64,000 bases of DNA from Candidatus Sumerlaeaceae bacterium (GTDB taxonomy: Bacteria > Sumerlaeota > Sumerlaeia > Sumerlaeales > Sumerlaeaceae), in contig JBMFRB010000002.1 of NCBI GenBank assembly GCA_049968255.1, positions 1 to 64,000 of the forward strand, read 5' to 3'. The position numbers were made by a program, and so were the translations under genes. How positions within the stretch are numbered: position 1 is the stretch's first letter; each line of letters opens with the position of its first letter. Of this stretch, positions 45,280-56,161 are shown piece after piece. Below the pieces are notes generated by a model, which was given only the letters and a program-made list of their open reading frames with translations, did no database searches and was not told the DNA's origin.

Positions 45280-47232
45280 ATGCCAAAGTTCGTCGTGACA
45301 TCCGGTCCCCAGGCCGGCAGAGAAATTGAAATGGTTGGAGAACGGTTGCTTTTTGGCCGCACCGACGACTGTGATGTGGTGATTGCTGATCCGAATGTTT
45401 CACGCACTCACGCACAGGCCCTCAATGTCGACGGGATGATCATTCTTTACGATCTCAACAGCTCCAACGGCACGTTCGTCAACAACGTCCCCATTTCGCG
45501 TGCATTCTTGATGGACGGGGACGAAGTACGAATCGGCAACACAACGTTTCAGTTTGTTTCGACGCCCTCCACGTCATCGAACGTCGATGCCACGCTTTCC
45601 CCTTCTCTGACGATCTCCGCCATGGAGCCGTCCGCCAATGAGGCGCTGGACCAGAACACAAGAATTTTGCGGTTTCCGAGCGATGGTGTAGAGAACTCAA
45701 TCCTCAAGGACACCTACCTGAAGCTCAAAACGCTGTACCGGATCTTTCTGGAAATTTCGCAAAGTGAGACGTTGAAGTGTGCTGCGGAAGCAGTAGGGCG
45801 GGCGGCTCTTCTGGCACTTGGCTTCGAACGGATGATCATGTTCCTTCGCAGCGAGGGGAGCAGCGGCTGGTCATGCTTCCACATCCAACTTTCCACGACT
45901 GCAAAAGCTAAAGAAGCGTGCCTGCCGCAGATTCCGACACACATTTTGGATAGCGTTGCTGTCCAGGCCGAGCCGTCGTTCAGCCGATGGGATAATCAGC
46001 ACCTTAGAATAAGCACAGCACAAAATGCAAACATATTATTAATTCCAATAATTCGCAATAAACAGCCTCTGGGAATTCTTGTAGCCGATAACCCGGTGTC
46101 TGGTGATCTGATCTCTAAAGACGATGCAGATTTTCTCTCAACTCTGGTCCTGCATTTGGTCGTGCGGTTGCGTCAAATTGAGCAGGTAGATCACCTTCGC
46201 CAGGAGAACATTGAATTTCGTCAACGTAGTGGGGATGATTACGCCATCGTCACCCAAGATGACCGCATGAAGCGCCTCATGAGTATCACTATGCGCGCTG
46301 CTGAACGTGATTGCCCTGTTCTCATTACCGGCGAAACAGGTACAGGCAAAGAGCTCATTGCCCGGTCGCTCCACAATTATTCTCCTCGGCGCACTAAACC
46401 TTTTGTTGCAGTAAACTGCGCTGCGCTGCCGGAAACGCTTCTCGAAAGCGAGCTTTTCGGACATGAGAAGGGGGCCTTCACAGGTGCGGTCGAGCGACGA
46501 ATTGGTAAATTCGAGCTTGCCGATGGCGGCACACTTTTTCTCGACGAAATCGGCGACATGAGCGCGAGCGCCCAGGCCAAACTGCTGCGCGTACTTCAAG
46601 ACGGCGAGATTCAGCGCCTTGGCAGTAATAAGGTCATCAAAGTCAACGTGCGTGTCGTTGCAGCGACAAACAAAAAACTCGAAGATGAAGTCGAGAAGGG
46701 AAATTTCCGCCAAGACCTTTATTACCGCATCCGCGTTTTGGAACTTGTGTTGCCCCCTCTTCGGGAACGCCCTTCGGACATCCCTGTGCTCGCTCAGTAT
46801 TTCCTCGAGCAGCTTCGCCATCGCTTCCCCACTTCAGTCAAATCCATCCACCCGGAGACCATTAAATGTCTGCTTGCTTACAATTATCCGGGAAATGTGC
46901 GAGAACTCAGAAACATCATCGAAAGAGCGCTTGTGCTCGCCACCGGCGATGTCCTCTTGCCCGAACATCTTCCCGCCGAGGTTCTCAACGCCGCGTCCGG
47001 CAATGAGACAAGGGGGGCACAAGAGGGAGCAACTGGGCCAGAGCCACGCACGAGTGCGCCCACGCTGTCGTTGGCGGAGGTCGTGCGCGAACACATCCTG
47101 CGGGTTCTCGATGCTGTTCAGGGCAACAGGGTGAAAGCCGCGGCAATCCTTGGCATAAGCAGGACTACCCTTTATGAGAAGCTCAAGGAGTACGGCATTG
47201 AAGGGAAAACACGCGACGAAGCAGGCGAATAG
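45280..47232 (+). CDS. FHA-GAF sigma-54 enhancer-binding protein
   Basis: FHA ([17 protein letters not shown]), GAF-like middle region, [25 protein letters not shown]. Confidence 0.92.
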   Translation: MPKFVVTSGPQAGREIEMVGERLLFGRTDDCDVVIADPNVSRTHAQALNVDGMIILYDLNSSNGTFVNNVPISRAFLMDGDEVRIGNTTFQFVSTPSTSSNVDATLSPSLTISAMEPSANEALDQNTRILRFPSDGVENSILKDTYLKLKTLYRIFLEISQSETLKCAAEAVGRAALLALGFERMIMFLRSEGSSGWSCFHIQLSTTAKAKEACLPQIPTHILDSVAVQAEPSFSRWDNQHLRISTAQNANILLIPIIRNKQPLGILVADNPVSGDLISKDDADFLSTLVLHLVVRLRQIEQVDHLRQENIEFRQRSGDDYAIVTQDDRMKRLMSITMRAAERDCPVLITGETGTGKELIARSLHNYSPRRTKPFVAVNCAALPETLLESELFGHEKGAFTGAVERRIGKFELADGGTLFLDEIGDMSASAQAKLLRVLQDGEIQRLGSNKVIKVNVRVVAATNKKLEDEVEKGNFRQDLYYRIRVLELVLPPLRERPSDIPVLAQYFLEQLRHRFPTSVKSIHPETIKCLLAYNYPGNVRELRNIIERALVLATGDVLLPEHLPAEVLNAASGNETRGAQEGATGPEPRTSAPTLSLAEVVREHILRVLDAVQGNRVKAAAILGISRTTLYEKLKEYGIEGKTRDEAGE

Positions 47233-48109
47233 CACGCGCTCTTTCGCTGCGGCGCAGTTTTTGCCCCGCCCCGGCCCAGCAGCCATTTTGGCGTTCCTGG
47301 ATATTGTTCTGGCCGGTTACCTCTTGTTTTGGGCCGCGTTTGTTGTGCAGAAAGCAGATAGTCGCTTTTTCACAAACCAGACCGCGCTGTTTGCGATTTT
47401 CCTGCCTACGCTGTTGGCGTGGCGTGCATATTTCCCGACAGATCCTCTCACGCAGGTGCTGGGTCGTGTGGTCCGTGTCGCCGCTATGATTGCTATTATC
47501 GCTGTAGCAGTTGGCTTTGGGCATGTTGCTTTCGGAGAACGCTTACAATTGCCTGCTCTTGCATTCATCCGCGCTTTTGCGGTTGCTCTTATCAGTGCGT
47601 GTGTCAGTGCCCACTGCTTTGCCCGCACGTTCGAGATGATGTTGTTTGATCCCTCACCCGCCTTATGGTGGCCACGACGCAAAGTGCCGCTATGGCTAGG
47701 TCCCTTATACATTTTTGGTATTTCGCTCATATCTTTTCTCGTAGTTGCTTTCTCATATAGCTTCCTACTCTACGGGCTTCGCGGAGGGGGAAATTTTCTG
47801 GCCCGCCGGGCCACGGGCACTCCGGTTGCATGTGCAGTCGAGCTGTATGCGCTTTATGTGGCTGTGGGTAGCGCCCCGCTGCTCCGTTGGATCTTTACGC
47901 GCGACTCTCGGGGAAGTCTTGTCGCAATTTTTCCAAACATTCTGGTGGGCGTCTGTTGGGGGTGGCTGGGCGCGAGCTGGGGTTGGCAGGTGCTTGGGTT
48001 CGAACTCCTCACATACGCCGTAGGACTATGGTTGCTCGGAATTTTTCTACTCGAATCGCGTAGCCAGGGCCGAGGGAAGTCCTTAGATCGATCGTTCGAA
48101 TTGGAGTGA
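47174..48109 (+). CDS. Hypothetical polytopic membrane protein (start uncertain)
   Basis: About 8 hydrophobic segments; fills the gap between recognised genes; the true start may be a downstream TTG. Confidence 0.55.
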   Translation: MRSSRSTALKGKHATKQANSTRSFAAAQFLPRPGPAAILAFLDIVLAGYLLFWAAFVVQKADSRFFTNQTALFAIFLPTLLAWRAYFPTDPLTQVLGRVVRVAAMIAIIAVAVGFGHVAFGERLQLPALAFIRAFAVALISACVSAHCFARTFEMMLFDPSPALWWPRRKVPLWLGPLYIFGISLISFLVVAFSYSFLLYGLRGGGNFLARRATGTPVACAVELYALYVAVGSAPLLRWIFTRDSRGSLVAIFPNILVGVCWGWLGASWGWQVLGFELLTYAVGLWLLGIFLLESRSQGRGKSLDRSFELE

Positions 48110-48736
48110 TCTTGCCCAGGCTGGCGGCAAGTTCCACAGAACTAAGTGCTGTCGCACTTGGTGAAGGGCGATCAGTTTTTTGAGAATATTTTCCACCTGG
48201 GCGATACGCTGGCGTTCGTTTTTTGAGGCGATAAGCCGCTTCAGCCAGCGGATGGCTGCATACTCGAAGAAATTTACGGTTCCCGCCGGCATCACTAGTG
48301 TCTCGAATTTGGCGAAGATCATCTGAACGGTCTCTGGCGCAAAATTGTTGAACGGCAATCCGCAAACGATGTGGTGAAAGCGATTGGCCGTGGTGAGCTC
48401 TTCCACCGGTCGGCAAACAATCTCAGTGCTGTTGCGCCAGGGTGAGAATTCAGGGTCAGTGGCGAAGCGGTGTTCGAGGTGCGCAACAAAGTCGGGATTG
48501 ATTTCGCAAAGCAAGAGCGTGTCGCCGGGTTGCATGCGCTTGAGGATTCCGCGCGTGAGGGCACCAGTGCCGGGGCCAACTTCAAGAACGCGCATTGGTC
48601 CCTGAGGAGGGCGTTGTTCCAAAGGCCACGCCAGCGCCCGGGCGAGCGCCCGCGAGCTGGGTGCGATCGCGCCCACGTGATAGTAGTCCCGCATCGTCTG
48701 AGAAATGAATTTTAGCATCGTCCTCGAAACATCCAT
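48083..48736 (-). CDS. SAM-dependent methyltransferase, PmtA-like phospholipid N-methyltransferase family
   Basis: VGAIAPSSRALA, VLEVGPGTGALT, EINPDF, IVCGLPF; start at 48736 or 48718. Confidence 0.8.
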   Translation of the reverse strand: MDVSRTMLKFISQTMRDYYHVGAIAPSSRALARALAWPLEQRPPQGPMRVLEVGPGTGALTRGILKRMQPGDTLLLCEINPDFVAHLEHRFATDPEFSPWRNSTEIVCRPVEELTTANRFHHIVCGLPFNNFAPETVQMIFAKFETLVMPAGTVNFFEYAAIRWLKRLIASKNERQRIAQVENILKKLIALHQVRQHLVLWNLPPAWARSLQFERSI

Positions 48737-48853
48737 CGTCGAGTTTGCAGCGCAAGCGTTGCTGTGCCAACTCGACGGTGCAAGAGCGAAGCTCACTTAC
48801 CTCATGCGAATCTTTGCGCCGTTAAACAGTAATAAGAGGTGACAAAAACGAAA

Positions 48854-49214
48854 GGGGGCGTAACGGTGTCGACGGGGATCGTTGTGGGAGTGGCTGCAAG
48901 CCGAGGCGCACGGCCTCGAAATGAACCGTGCAACTGCAAAATTAACTGCAGACCAAGAACTCGCTCTCGCTGCCTAAGTTAGGCTAGCGCGTTTGCCCTG
49001 CCGTCGCCTGCGCGGCGGGAGCAGACGTCGAGAATGCAGGCTCGCCTGGTGGTGTGGCCCGCGCCAACAGGCTAAACCCTAACGGGCTGGCCGGGGCAGA
49101 AAGCCCGCCGAAAGGCGTTCTGTCCGTGGCGACAAACAAAAATTTCGGCTAAGCTTGTAGAAGCTGCTCTGGCAAGATCTTCGGACGTGGGTTCGACTCC
49201 CACCGCCTCCACCA
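48854..49214 (+). ncRNA. ssrA: tmRNA; resume codon 48948, tag (A)ADQELALAA
   Basis: 5' GGGGGCG pairs with 3' CGCCTCC-ACCA including the G3:U alanine determinant; T-arm gtgggTTCGACTcccac; tag ORF gca gac caa gaa ctc gct ctc gct gcc taa. Confidence 0.96.
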
Positions 49215-49426
49215 TCTGTCAAAGGTGTATTCCCACGTGCTGCCTCACTTTACATCGCAAAGCGGTGAAAGTACCCACCTACATTGGTACTGTAGCCAGA
49301 AGTGCAAAGTGTCGGGCTGGAAAGAAACAAAGCCGTCAATGGCAGTAGGCGACTCGGAAGACTGAAACAGGTTCCAGCGAACTTTCGCTTGCCGCATGGG
49401 CTTGCCACAAGGATGCTCGCTTTACA

Positions 49427-50122
49427 ATGATTCCGCTACGAGACGTCAATCGCACTCGCCACGTGCCGTGGATGGTGTGGCTGATCATCATTGTCTGCAG
49501 CCTTGTCTTCTTTCAGGAACTTCTTCTTCCGCCTGTGCTTTTAGAACGTTTCGTCTACCTATTAGGTCTTGTGCCGCGCCGCCTGACAGATCCCTACTGG
49601 GCTCACCGGGTCGGTTTTCCACCAGGTTCATTCTCAACGATTTTCACCAGTATGTTCCTTCACGGAAGCTTTGCCCACCTGCTGTTCAACATGTGGACGT
49701 TGGCCGTTTTCGGCGACAACGTAGAAGATCGCATGGGCCCTTTGCGCTTTTTACTTTTTTATCTGCTATGTGGCGTTGCTGCGGCCCTCACGCACCTCGT
49801 TTTCAACCCGAGCTCGACCATTCCCACCGTCGGTGCCTCTGGGGCTATCGCTGGTGTGCTCGGAGCCTACATGTTTTTGTTTCCCCATGCCCGCGTCATC
49901 ACGTTCGTTCCAGTTGTCTTCATACCCTATTTCATTGAGGTTCCGGCTGCATTGTTCCTCGCATTTTGGTTTATCATCCAATTGCTCAGCGGGTGGAGTT
50001 CGCTCTTTATGCCACCAAACATCGGTGGCGTGGCCTGGTGGGCCCACATTGGCGGTTTTCTCTGCGGAGCCTTCACCTTTCCCTTCTTCCTGCGACGCGA
50101 TGAGGTGCGTCGTCCCTGGTGA
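49427..50122 (+). CDS. Rhomboid family intramembrane serine protease
   Basis: MIPLRD, SMFLHGS..HL..NM, VGASGAIAG, WAHIGG. Confidence 0.93.
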   Translation: MIPLRDVNRTRHVPWMVWLIIIVCSLVFFQELLLPPVLLERFVYLLGLVPRRLTDPYWAHRVGFPPGSFSTIFTSMFLHGSFAHLLFNMWTLAVFGDNVEDRMGPLRFLLFYLLCGVAAALTHLVFNPSSTIPTVGASGAIAGVLGAYMFLFPHARVITFVPVVFIPYFIEVPAALFLAFWFIIQLLSGWSSLFMPPNIGGVAWWAHIGGFLCGAFTFPFFLRRDEVRRPW

Positions 50123-50199
50123 TGCGTTCGGGCTTGAATCGATTCCTGCGAGTAGGGATAAACGTAAGCGCCAATGCTAAAAGAGGATGAGTCACTAAC

Positions 50200-50946
50200 A
50201 TGTCTGGACATTCAAAATGGCATTCAATCAAACACAAGAAGGCCGCTGCGGACGCGAAACGCGGAAAAATTTTCACTCGCATCATTCGCGAAATCACCAT
50301 CGCTGCGCGCCTGGGCGGTGGTGATCCTGAAAGCAATCCGCGTCTGCGCACAGCCATTGCGGCTGCAAAAGATGTCAACATGCCGATGAAAAACATCGAA
50401 AACGCAATCAAACGCGGAACGGGAGAAATCGAAGGCGCAACGTACGAAGAAGTCGTGTACGAAGGTTATGGACCAGGCGGTGTGGCCATCATGGTGGAAG
50501 CGACTACTGATAATCGCAACCGCACAACAGCCGAAATACGCCATCTTTTCAGCAAGTACAACGGCAGTTTGGGAGCGGTCGGTTGTGTGTCCTACCTGTT
50601 CAGCAAGCGGGGAATCATTACGGTGAACAAAGAAAGTATCGAGGAGGATCGGCTGCTCGAGGCTGCTCTCGAAGCCGGTGCTGAGGATGTGAAAACGGAG
50701 GATGAGGGATATCAAGTGATCACAGATCAGGGGCAGCTTCAGGCGGTGCGCGAAGTTCTCGAGAAAGCCGGCATCAAAGTTGAGCGCGCGGAAATGGTCA
50801 ACATTCCCTCAACGACGAAACGCGTCGAAGGGCGCGACGCCGAGACCCTGCTCAAGTTGCTTGACGCGCTGGAAGAGCACGACGACGTTCAGTCGGTCAG
50901 CAGTAATTTCGAAATGAGCGACGAACTCCTCGAACAATTCAAGTAA
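50200..50946 (+). CDS. yebC: YebC/PmpR family protein
   Basis: [34 protein letters not shown]. Confidence 0.96.
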   Translation: MSGHSKWHSIKHKKAAADAKRGKIFTRIIREITIAARLGGGDPESNPRLRTAIAAAKDVNMPMKNIENAIKRGTGEIEGATYEEVVYEGYGPGGVAIMVEATTDNRNRTTAEIRHLFSKYNGSLGAVGCVSYLFSKRGIITVNKESIEEDRLLEAALEAGAEDVKTEDEGYQVITDQGQLQAVREVLEKAGIKVERAEMVNIPSTTKRVEGRDAETLLKLLDALEEHDDVQSVSSNFEMSDELLEQFK

Positions 50947-50958
50947 AGGGCGGTCACA

Positions 50959-51240
50959 ATGCGGCTGCGCATTGAGAAAATAGATTATCTTGCGAACAAG
51001 ATCACCGAAGAATTGAAGAAGCTCAAGTCGGTGACTTTCAAAGCTCCCGACGTGCAAATTGCTGGGACCATTCGCCGCGTCATTTTGAACGACCTTCAGC
51101 GCGAGGACGAAATAGAGAGAGAAGCGGAGGAACTGCTTCGCCAGCACCGGCAGAAGATCGAATTCAATAATCTCAGTTACAGCACGCTTCTCCACAAGGC
51201 GAAGCAGGAAATTGCTCGCCGCCGCAAGATCGTTTTGTGA
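50959..51240 (+). CDS. DUF507 family protein
   Basis: MRL..I.Y.A..I....E.EIE.EA..LL..K..IA pattern. Confidence 0.7.
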   Translation: MRLRIEKIDYLANKITEELKKLKSVTFKAPDVQIAGTIRRVILNDLQREDEIEREAEELLRQHRQKIEFNNLSYSTLLHKAKQEIARRRKIVL

Positions 51241-51336
51241 CTGATGCCCTGCAGGAGGGCGCTGACCAGCATCCTCTGACGAGGAGGGGTGGCGCGCCAG
51301 TGAAGTAGCGTCGAATCATTATGAAAGGGATCTTGT

Positions 51337-51618
51337 ATGCGACTTTCGGAAAAACGGATTCAGTTTATCGCGACACAGATCGTTGATGAGTTGCTTGCTC
51401 ACAACGAAATAGCGTATAGCGGCAGCCGTCTGGCTCTTGAAACCGAAGTCGCGCGTATCATCTCGGACGATCTGCGCATTGAAGACGAAATAGACGAAGA
51501 GGTCGTCCAGATGATCTCGAAAATGAAGCGCAACATCCCCCAAGGCAGTGCCGAATGGGATGCCATCTACCAAGAGAAAAAGGCAGAGCTCGCGCGTCGG
51601 CGTAATTACATCTATTGA
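51337..51618 (+). CDS. DUF507 family protein (paralogue of the upstream gene)
   Basis: MRLS..RI..IA..I..EDEIDEEV..I......GS.EWD..Y..ELARR. Confidence 0.75.
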   Translation: MRLSEKRIQFIATQIVDELLAHNEIAYSGSRLALETEVARIISDDLRIEDEIDEEVVQMISKMKRNIPQGSAEWDAIYQEKKAELARRRNYIY

Positions 51619-51706
51619 GTATTCTCAAAAAGCGGCGAGGGCGTCTGGGTGGTTTTCGACGCGCTTGCGCTTTATCTCATCCGACTAAGAGAGGAACAAA
51701 CCTAAC

Positions 51707-52693
51707 ATGGGTGAAGTGAAACGCATTGCAGTGCTGGGGGCGGGGGGACTTGGGCGCAACATGGCCAAGCTGCTTGATAAAAAGCAGGAAATGCGGCTGG
51801 TTGCAATTTGCGACAAAGGCGGCTATGCCTTCGATCCCAATGGCATTGCCTCCGCCAAAATCGAGGCGCTTCGACCAGAGGATTCCGTAGCAAATATCCC
51901 CGTGATTGGGGCACGCTGCGAGGATGCGATCGGTGAATTGCTCAAGAGGCAGGATCAGATCGACGGCGTTTTCATGGCCTTGCCGAACCTTCCGAACGAA
52001 TTTCTTCCGTCCGTCGTCGAACGAATGGCAAAGGAAGGGTTCCAAGGCGTTATGGTAGATGCCCTCAAGCGCACCCGTGCTGTGGAGTGCGTTGTTAGGC
52101 TGAGCGATTTTCTCGCGGGAAAGAAAATCACGTACATTACAGGAGCTGGGGCTACTCCCGGCTTGCTCACCGCTGCGGCGGCGCTGGCAGCTCAGTCATT
52201 TATAGAAGTCGAAAGCGTCGAAATTTACTTTGGTGTGGGTATTTCGAACTGGGATGCCTACAAGGCCACGATCCGCGAAGACATTGCCCACCTCGAGGGA
52301 TTTTCCGTCGAAAAGGTTGCAAGCATGTCCGACGAGGAGATCGAAAAAGAACTCGAGAAGCGCAACGGCATTCTAGAACTCGTCAACATGGAGCATGCTG
52401 ACGATATCATTCTCGAGCTCGCCGGCATTGTCTCACGCGACAAGGTCAAAGTGGGTGGCGTTGTTGACACACGTAAACCCAAAAAGCCTGTTAGCACCAC
52501 CATGAAACTCACAGGCATCACATTCGAAGGCAAACGCAGCACTCACACCTTTACGTTAGGTGATGAAACCAGCATGGCTGCTAACGTGAACGGGCCCGCG
52601 CTAGGTTATATGAAGGCTGGTTTCTGGTATCACAGCAAGGGGCTTCACGGCGTTTTTACGAGTGCCACGGTCATGCCTCTCTGGCCCCAGTGA
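51707..52693 (+). CDS. bioU: BioU, NAD(P)-dependent single-turnover enzyme replacing BioA in biotin synthesis
   Basis: GAGGLG, ALPNLPN, VDALKRT, GATPGLLTAAA, ATIREDIAH, MEHADD, TFTLGDETSMAANV: near-continuous match to cyanobacterial BioU as I recall it. Confidence 0.85.
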   Translation: MGEVKRIAVLGAGGLGRNMAKLLDKKQEMRLVAICDKGGYAFDPNGIASAKIEALRPEDSVANIPVIGARCEDAIGELLKRQDQIDGVFMALPNLPNEFLPSVVERMAKEGFQGVMVDALKRTRAVECVVRLSDFLAGKKITYITGAGATPGLLTAAAALAAQSFIEVESVEIYFGVGISNWDAYKATIREDIAHLEGFSVEKVASMSDEEIEKELEKRNGILELVNMEHADDIILELAGIVSRDKVKVGGVVDTRKPKKPVSTTMKLTGITFEGKRSTHTFTLGDETSMAANVNGPALGYMKAGFWYHSKGLHGVFTSATVMPLWPQ

Positions 52694-52706
52694 ACGTGAA
52701 TATGTG

Positions 52707-54047
52707 CTAATTGCTTAGCCTTAGTTCAGAAGTCTCGATTGCTTGAGAGAGAGCCGTCAGCGGTTGGTATCCATCATGCGTCCAGCCGAGTGGCGGCTTC
52801 TGCATTTTTCCGAGCGGACAGATACGGCTTGCTCCCAACTCGTGCGCGATTGCAAGCCATTCGTCGCGCGCGGCGCTTACTCCAAGAGTGTTGATGTGGC
52901 CCCGATGGGGGAGCAGTATCTTTGCCAGGGCTGCGGTGTTTGCAAAAGGACGAAGGATGACCGTCCTGTTGACTGGTGGCAGCCAAAACGGTTCCAATGA
53001 GCGGATCGCCACCAGAAATGGATCGTCGAACTTGGAGATAAGTTTCGCATGTTGATCGACCGGCTGGCGCGCGGTCCGCGATTGTGCCGCTGCCATGTGG
53101 ATGAGAGTCTCTTCCCTTTCGCGCGTCTGTGCCACCGCCTCTTCTAATGCCAAAGGATGCCGCGGTAGTTTCACACTAAGTTTTCGCATGTCTTGGGCAA
53201 TTTGCTCGGCAAGTTCGCACACAAACCTTTGACTCCGCGTGCGGACAAAAAGCGTCCGCGGCGAGAGGCACCCCTGCTGGTCATAGACGCAAAAATCGTA
53301 AGCGATGCGTTTGGCAAACCTGGCGAGCGATTGGACACTGCTGACATCGCGCTCATCGAGCAGAGCAAAGCTGATTTTATGGCCATGCCCGAGAAATGGT
53401 TTGTGTAAAGAAGTGAGGCCACGCACGGACTCCACAGCGGTATCGTCGCCGAATGCCACCACCGCATCAGCCGATGCGACGGCGGTAAGGAGAATTTCTT
53501 GCGCCTCGTGAGGGCACCAGAAACAAAATGTTGCGCGTGTGAAGACTGGATCCACTTCGGCGAGCGCAGAGCACCACAGCGTTGGGAAGTGGAGATCTAT
53601 GGAAGACGTGCGTACCAGATTGCACGCCCCGACAAGAGTGGCAAGGATAAGCGACTCCCAGCCAGAAACAAAAACATTGCCTGCCAGATTGTGGAAAACG
53701 ATGCGCGGCAAGGTTCGCCGAAGGTGAGGCGTGCGCCCCAGTTGTTGCCGGCGCAGTTTCTCCAATTTTGCAACACTGATTGGACCAAGTAAGTTGTTAA
53801 TGGCCTCCGCCACCATCGGCCCCGACATGCCTATTCGATCAGCAAGTGCCACTGCTCGCTGGTGATACATGCTCTCCTTGTTGAGAAAAAGCCTCGCTGC
53901 CGCAGCAACCGCTGCAGGCGCTCTATCCCAGAGCTCGGTAGCATAGCGTTCGTGCCACTGACGCAAGCACGATACCTCTTGCTGCAGGGCAGGTGCAGTG
54001 ATTCCTACGAAGTTCATTGTACTTTTTCCATCAGAGCACGTCCGCAT
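52707..54047 (-). CDS. LuxC-like acyl-CoA reductase
   Basis: VFHNLAGNV, VVAFGDDTAV, GHGHKISFA, YDQQGCLSP (catalytic Cys), RICPLGKMQ.P...HDG. Confidence 0.8.
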   Translation of the reverse strand: MRTCSDGKSTMNFVGITAPALQQEVSCLRQWHERYATELWDRAPAAVAAAARLFLNKESMYHQRAVALADRIGMSGPMVAEAINNLLGPISVAKLEKLRRQQLGRTPHLRRTLPRIVFHNLAGNVFVSGWESLILATLVGACNLVRTSSIDLHFPTLWCSALAEVDPVFTRATFCFWCPHEAQEILLTAVASADAVVAFGDDTAVESVRGLTSLHKPFLGHGHKISFALLDERDVSSVQSLARFAKRIAYDFCVYDQQGCLSPRTLFVRTRSQRFVCELAEQIAQDMRKLSVKLPRHPLALEEAVAQTREREETLIHMAAAQSRTARQPVDQHAKLISKFDDPFLVAIRSLEPFWLPPVNRTVILRPFANTAALAKILLPHRGHINTLGVSAARDEWLAIAHELGASRICPLGKMQKPPLGWTHDGYQPLTALSQAIETSELRLSN

Positions 54048-54213
54048 GGTTATGCTCGCCTAGTTCCTTCTTCGATCAAGCGCGTACCCCACAACGTCAT
54101 TAGGTCATGTTCACTGCGGAAACGTTGTTGAAATCACAAAACCGAATTTCACTGCTAGTCACCCGATAACTACATTCAGAGTTATCTCATGCCCTAGCCA
54201 GAATAGGAGACAA

Positions 54214-54840
54214 ATGTTTACCGGAATCATTGAAGAAATGGGACGTATTCAGAGAATCGTGCCATTGCGCGAAGCGGTGGAACTCACGGTCGCCTGTAAA
54301 CAATCGCTCGAAGGTATGCGCTTGGGGGATTCGGTTGCGGTGGATGGGATCTGTCTGACGGTCACAGTGTTCGATTCCGAGACCTTCACTGCCCTAGCTT
54401 CCGCCGAAACGTTGCGGCGCACCAGCCTTGGCGAGAAAAAGGTTGGCGACTACGTGAATCTCGAGAACCCGCTGACTTTGGCCAAAAAGCTAAGTGGACA
54501 CCTGGTGCAAGGGCATGTTGACGGTACAGCACTCGTTGATTCAGTGGTTCCTGAGGGCGAATCCCAAATGTGGAAGTTCCGTTTGCAACCCGAGCTCGCA
54601 AAGTATCTTGTGCCAAAAGGTTCTGTGGCCGTGGATGGGATAAGCCTGACGGTTGTGGAAGCCGCGCGAGATTACTTTACTGTCGCGATTATTCCCAAGA
54701 CGTTGGCCGTGACGACGCTCCAATTCCGCCAGCCAGGCGACAGGGTGAACGTGGAGGTGGATCTCATCGGGAAATATGTTTACCGGTACCTGCATCCTGA
54801 GGAGATCGAGTCCGCAGGTCTAGAGACCTCAAGCTACTGA
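54214..54840 (+). CDS. ribE: Riboflavin synthase (alpha chain)
   Basis: MFTGIIEE N-terminus, VNLE, GHLVQGHVD, KGSVAVDGISLT; called ribC in E. coli. Confidence 0.95.
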   Translation: MFTGIIEEMGRIQRIVPLREAVELTVACKQSLEGMRLGDSVAVDGICLTVTVFDSETFTALASAETLRRTSLGEKKVGDYVNLENPLTLAKKLSGHLVQGHVDGTALVDSVVPEGESQMWKFRLQPELAKYLVPKGSVAVDGISLTVVEAARDYFTVAIIPKTLAVTTLQFRQPGDRVNVEVDLIGKYVYRYLHPEEIESAGLETSSY

Positions 54841-54857
54841 ATATTGAGTGATAAGTG

Positions 54858-56126
54858 ATGGGCGAACAAGGACCTAACGAGGAAAAAGTGACAGGACTCA
54901 AATCCCAAGTGTCAGAGCAGCGGAGCGATGTTTTCACTCCTATCGACGAAGCTATAGAGCGCTACCGGCGTGGTGAAATTCTCATACTCGTGGACGATGA
55001 GGACCGGGAAAATGAGGGGGATCTTGTTTTTGCGGCGGAGCATGTCACTCCGGAAAAAATCAATTTTTTGGCCAAGTACGGCCGAGGATTGATTTGTTTG
55101 GCCACCACACGTCAGCGTCTTGAGGAACTTGGATTGCGTCCTCTCGTGACGAGAAATACCTCAAGATTTGGAACCAATTTCTACGAGCCGGTGGACGCTG
55201 TAAAAGGGACAACGACGGGTATTTCTGCTGCTGATCGCGCGACCACGATTGCTGTTTTTCTTGACCCAAATGCCCGCCCCGAGGACCTGGCAAAGCCGGG
55301 CCACATGCAGACGCTTGGCGCTCGCGACGGCGGCGTCCTCGAAAGAGCCGGCCAAACCGAAGGCGTTGTGGATTTGGCTAAGCTTGCCGGCCTTTATCCC
55401 GCTGGTGTGCTCTGCGAGATCATGAACGACGATGGCACCATGGCGCGCATGCCGCAACTCGAGGTATTTGCGCGTCAGCATAGACTGAAAATTGTCACGA
55501 TCCGTGACATTATTGAGTATCGCCTGCGCACGGAGAAACTCGTTCGCTGCGTTGTCACTGTGCCGCTGCGCAACTGGTACGGCGAATGGCAGCTGTCTTA
55601 TTATGAGGCATGGAATGGTGAAGGGCACTTGGCGCTGGTGATGGGCGATCTCAAAACTAAGTCCGACGAAGGCGTCTTGGTGCGCGTCCATTCCCAGTGC
55701 TTTACTGGCGACACCTTAGGTTCAATGCGATGCGACTGCGGTCCGCAACTTCACTCCGCCATGAAGAAAATCGCGGAAGAAGGCGTTGGGGTGATTCTCT
55801 ACCTTCACCAGGAAGGACGGGGTATTGGGTTGAAAAACAAGCTCATTGCCTATCACCTTCAGGACGCAGGACTCGACACGGTCGAGGCAAATGAAGCGCT
55901 CGGTTTCAAGGCGGATCTGCGGGAGTATGGCATTGGCGCACAAATCCTTAAGGACCTCGGGCTGACACGCATTCGCTTGATGACAAACAACCCCAAAAAA
56001 ATCGTGGGGCTCAGCGCCTACAAAATTGAAGTGGTGGATCGCGTTCCCTTGGTCGCCGGACGCCACGCGTACAATGAAGCCTATCTTCTCACCAAGCGCG
56101 ACAAATTAGGGCATCTCATCGATTGA
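54858..56126 (+). CDS. ribBA: Bifunctional DHBP synthase / GTP cyclohydrolase II
   Basis: [50 protein letters not shown]. Confidence 0.95.
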   Translation: MGEQGPNEEKVTGLKSQVSEQRSDVFTPIDEAIERYRRGEILILVDDEDRENEGDLVFAAEHVTPEKINFLAKYGRGLICLATTRQRLEELGLRPLVTRNTSRFGTNFYEPVDAVKGTTTGISAADRATTIAVFLDPNARPEDLAKPGHMQTLGARDGGVLERAGQTEGVVDLAKLAGLYPAGVLCEIMNDDGTMARMPQLEVFARQHRLKIVTIRDIIEYRLRTEKLVRCVVTVPLRNWYGEWQLSYYEAWNGEGHLALVMGDLKTKSDEGVLVRVHSQCFTGDTLGSMRCDCGPQLHSAMKKIAEEGVGVILYLHQEGRGIGLKNKLIAYHLQDAGLDTVEANEALGFKADLREYGIGAQILKDLGLTRIRLMTNNPKKIVGLSAYKIEVVDRVPLVAGRHAYNEAYLLTKRDKLGHLID

Positions 56127-56161
56127 CTTTCACCCGCGACAGTAAGACAGCCGACCTTCTC

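Noticed and set aside
49215-49426. Genomic island integrated at tmRNA (or at tRNA-Asp)
   Set aside because: No integrase and no duplicated 3' end noticed; flanking genes are ordinary
49427-50122. Rhomboid acting as a rhombosortase for the C-terminal tags
   Set aside because: The tags have no TM helix for an intramembrane protease to cut, and this looks like the widespread MIPLRD-type rhomboid
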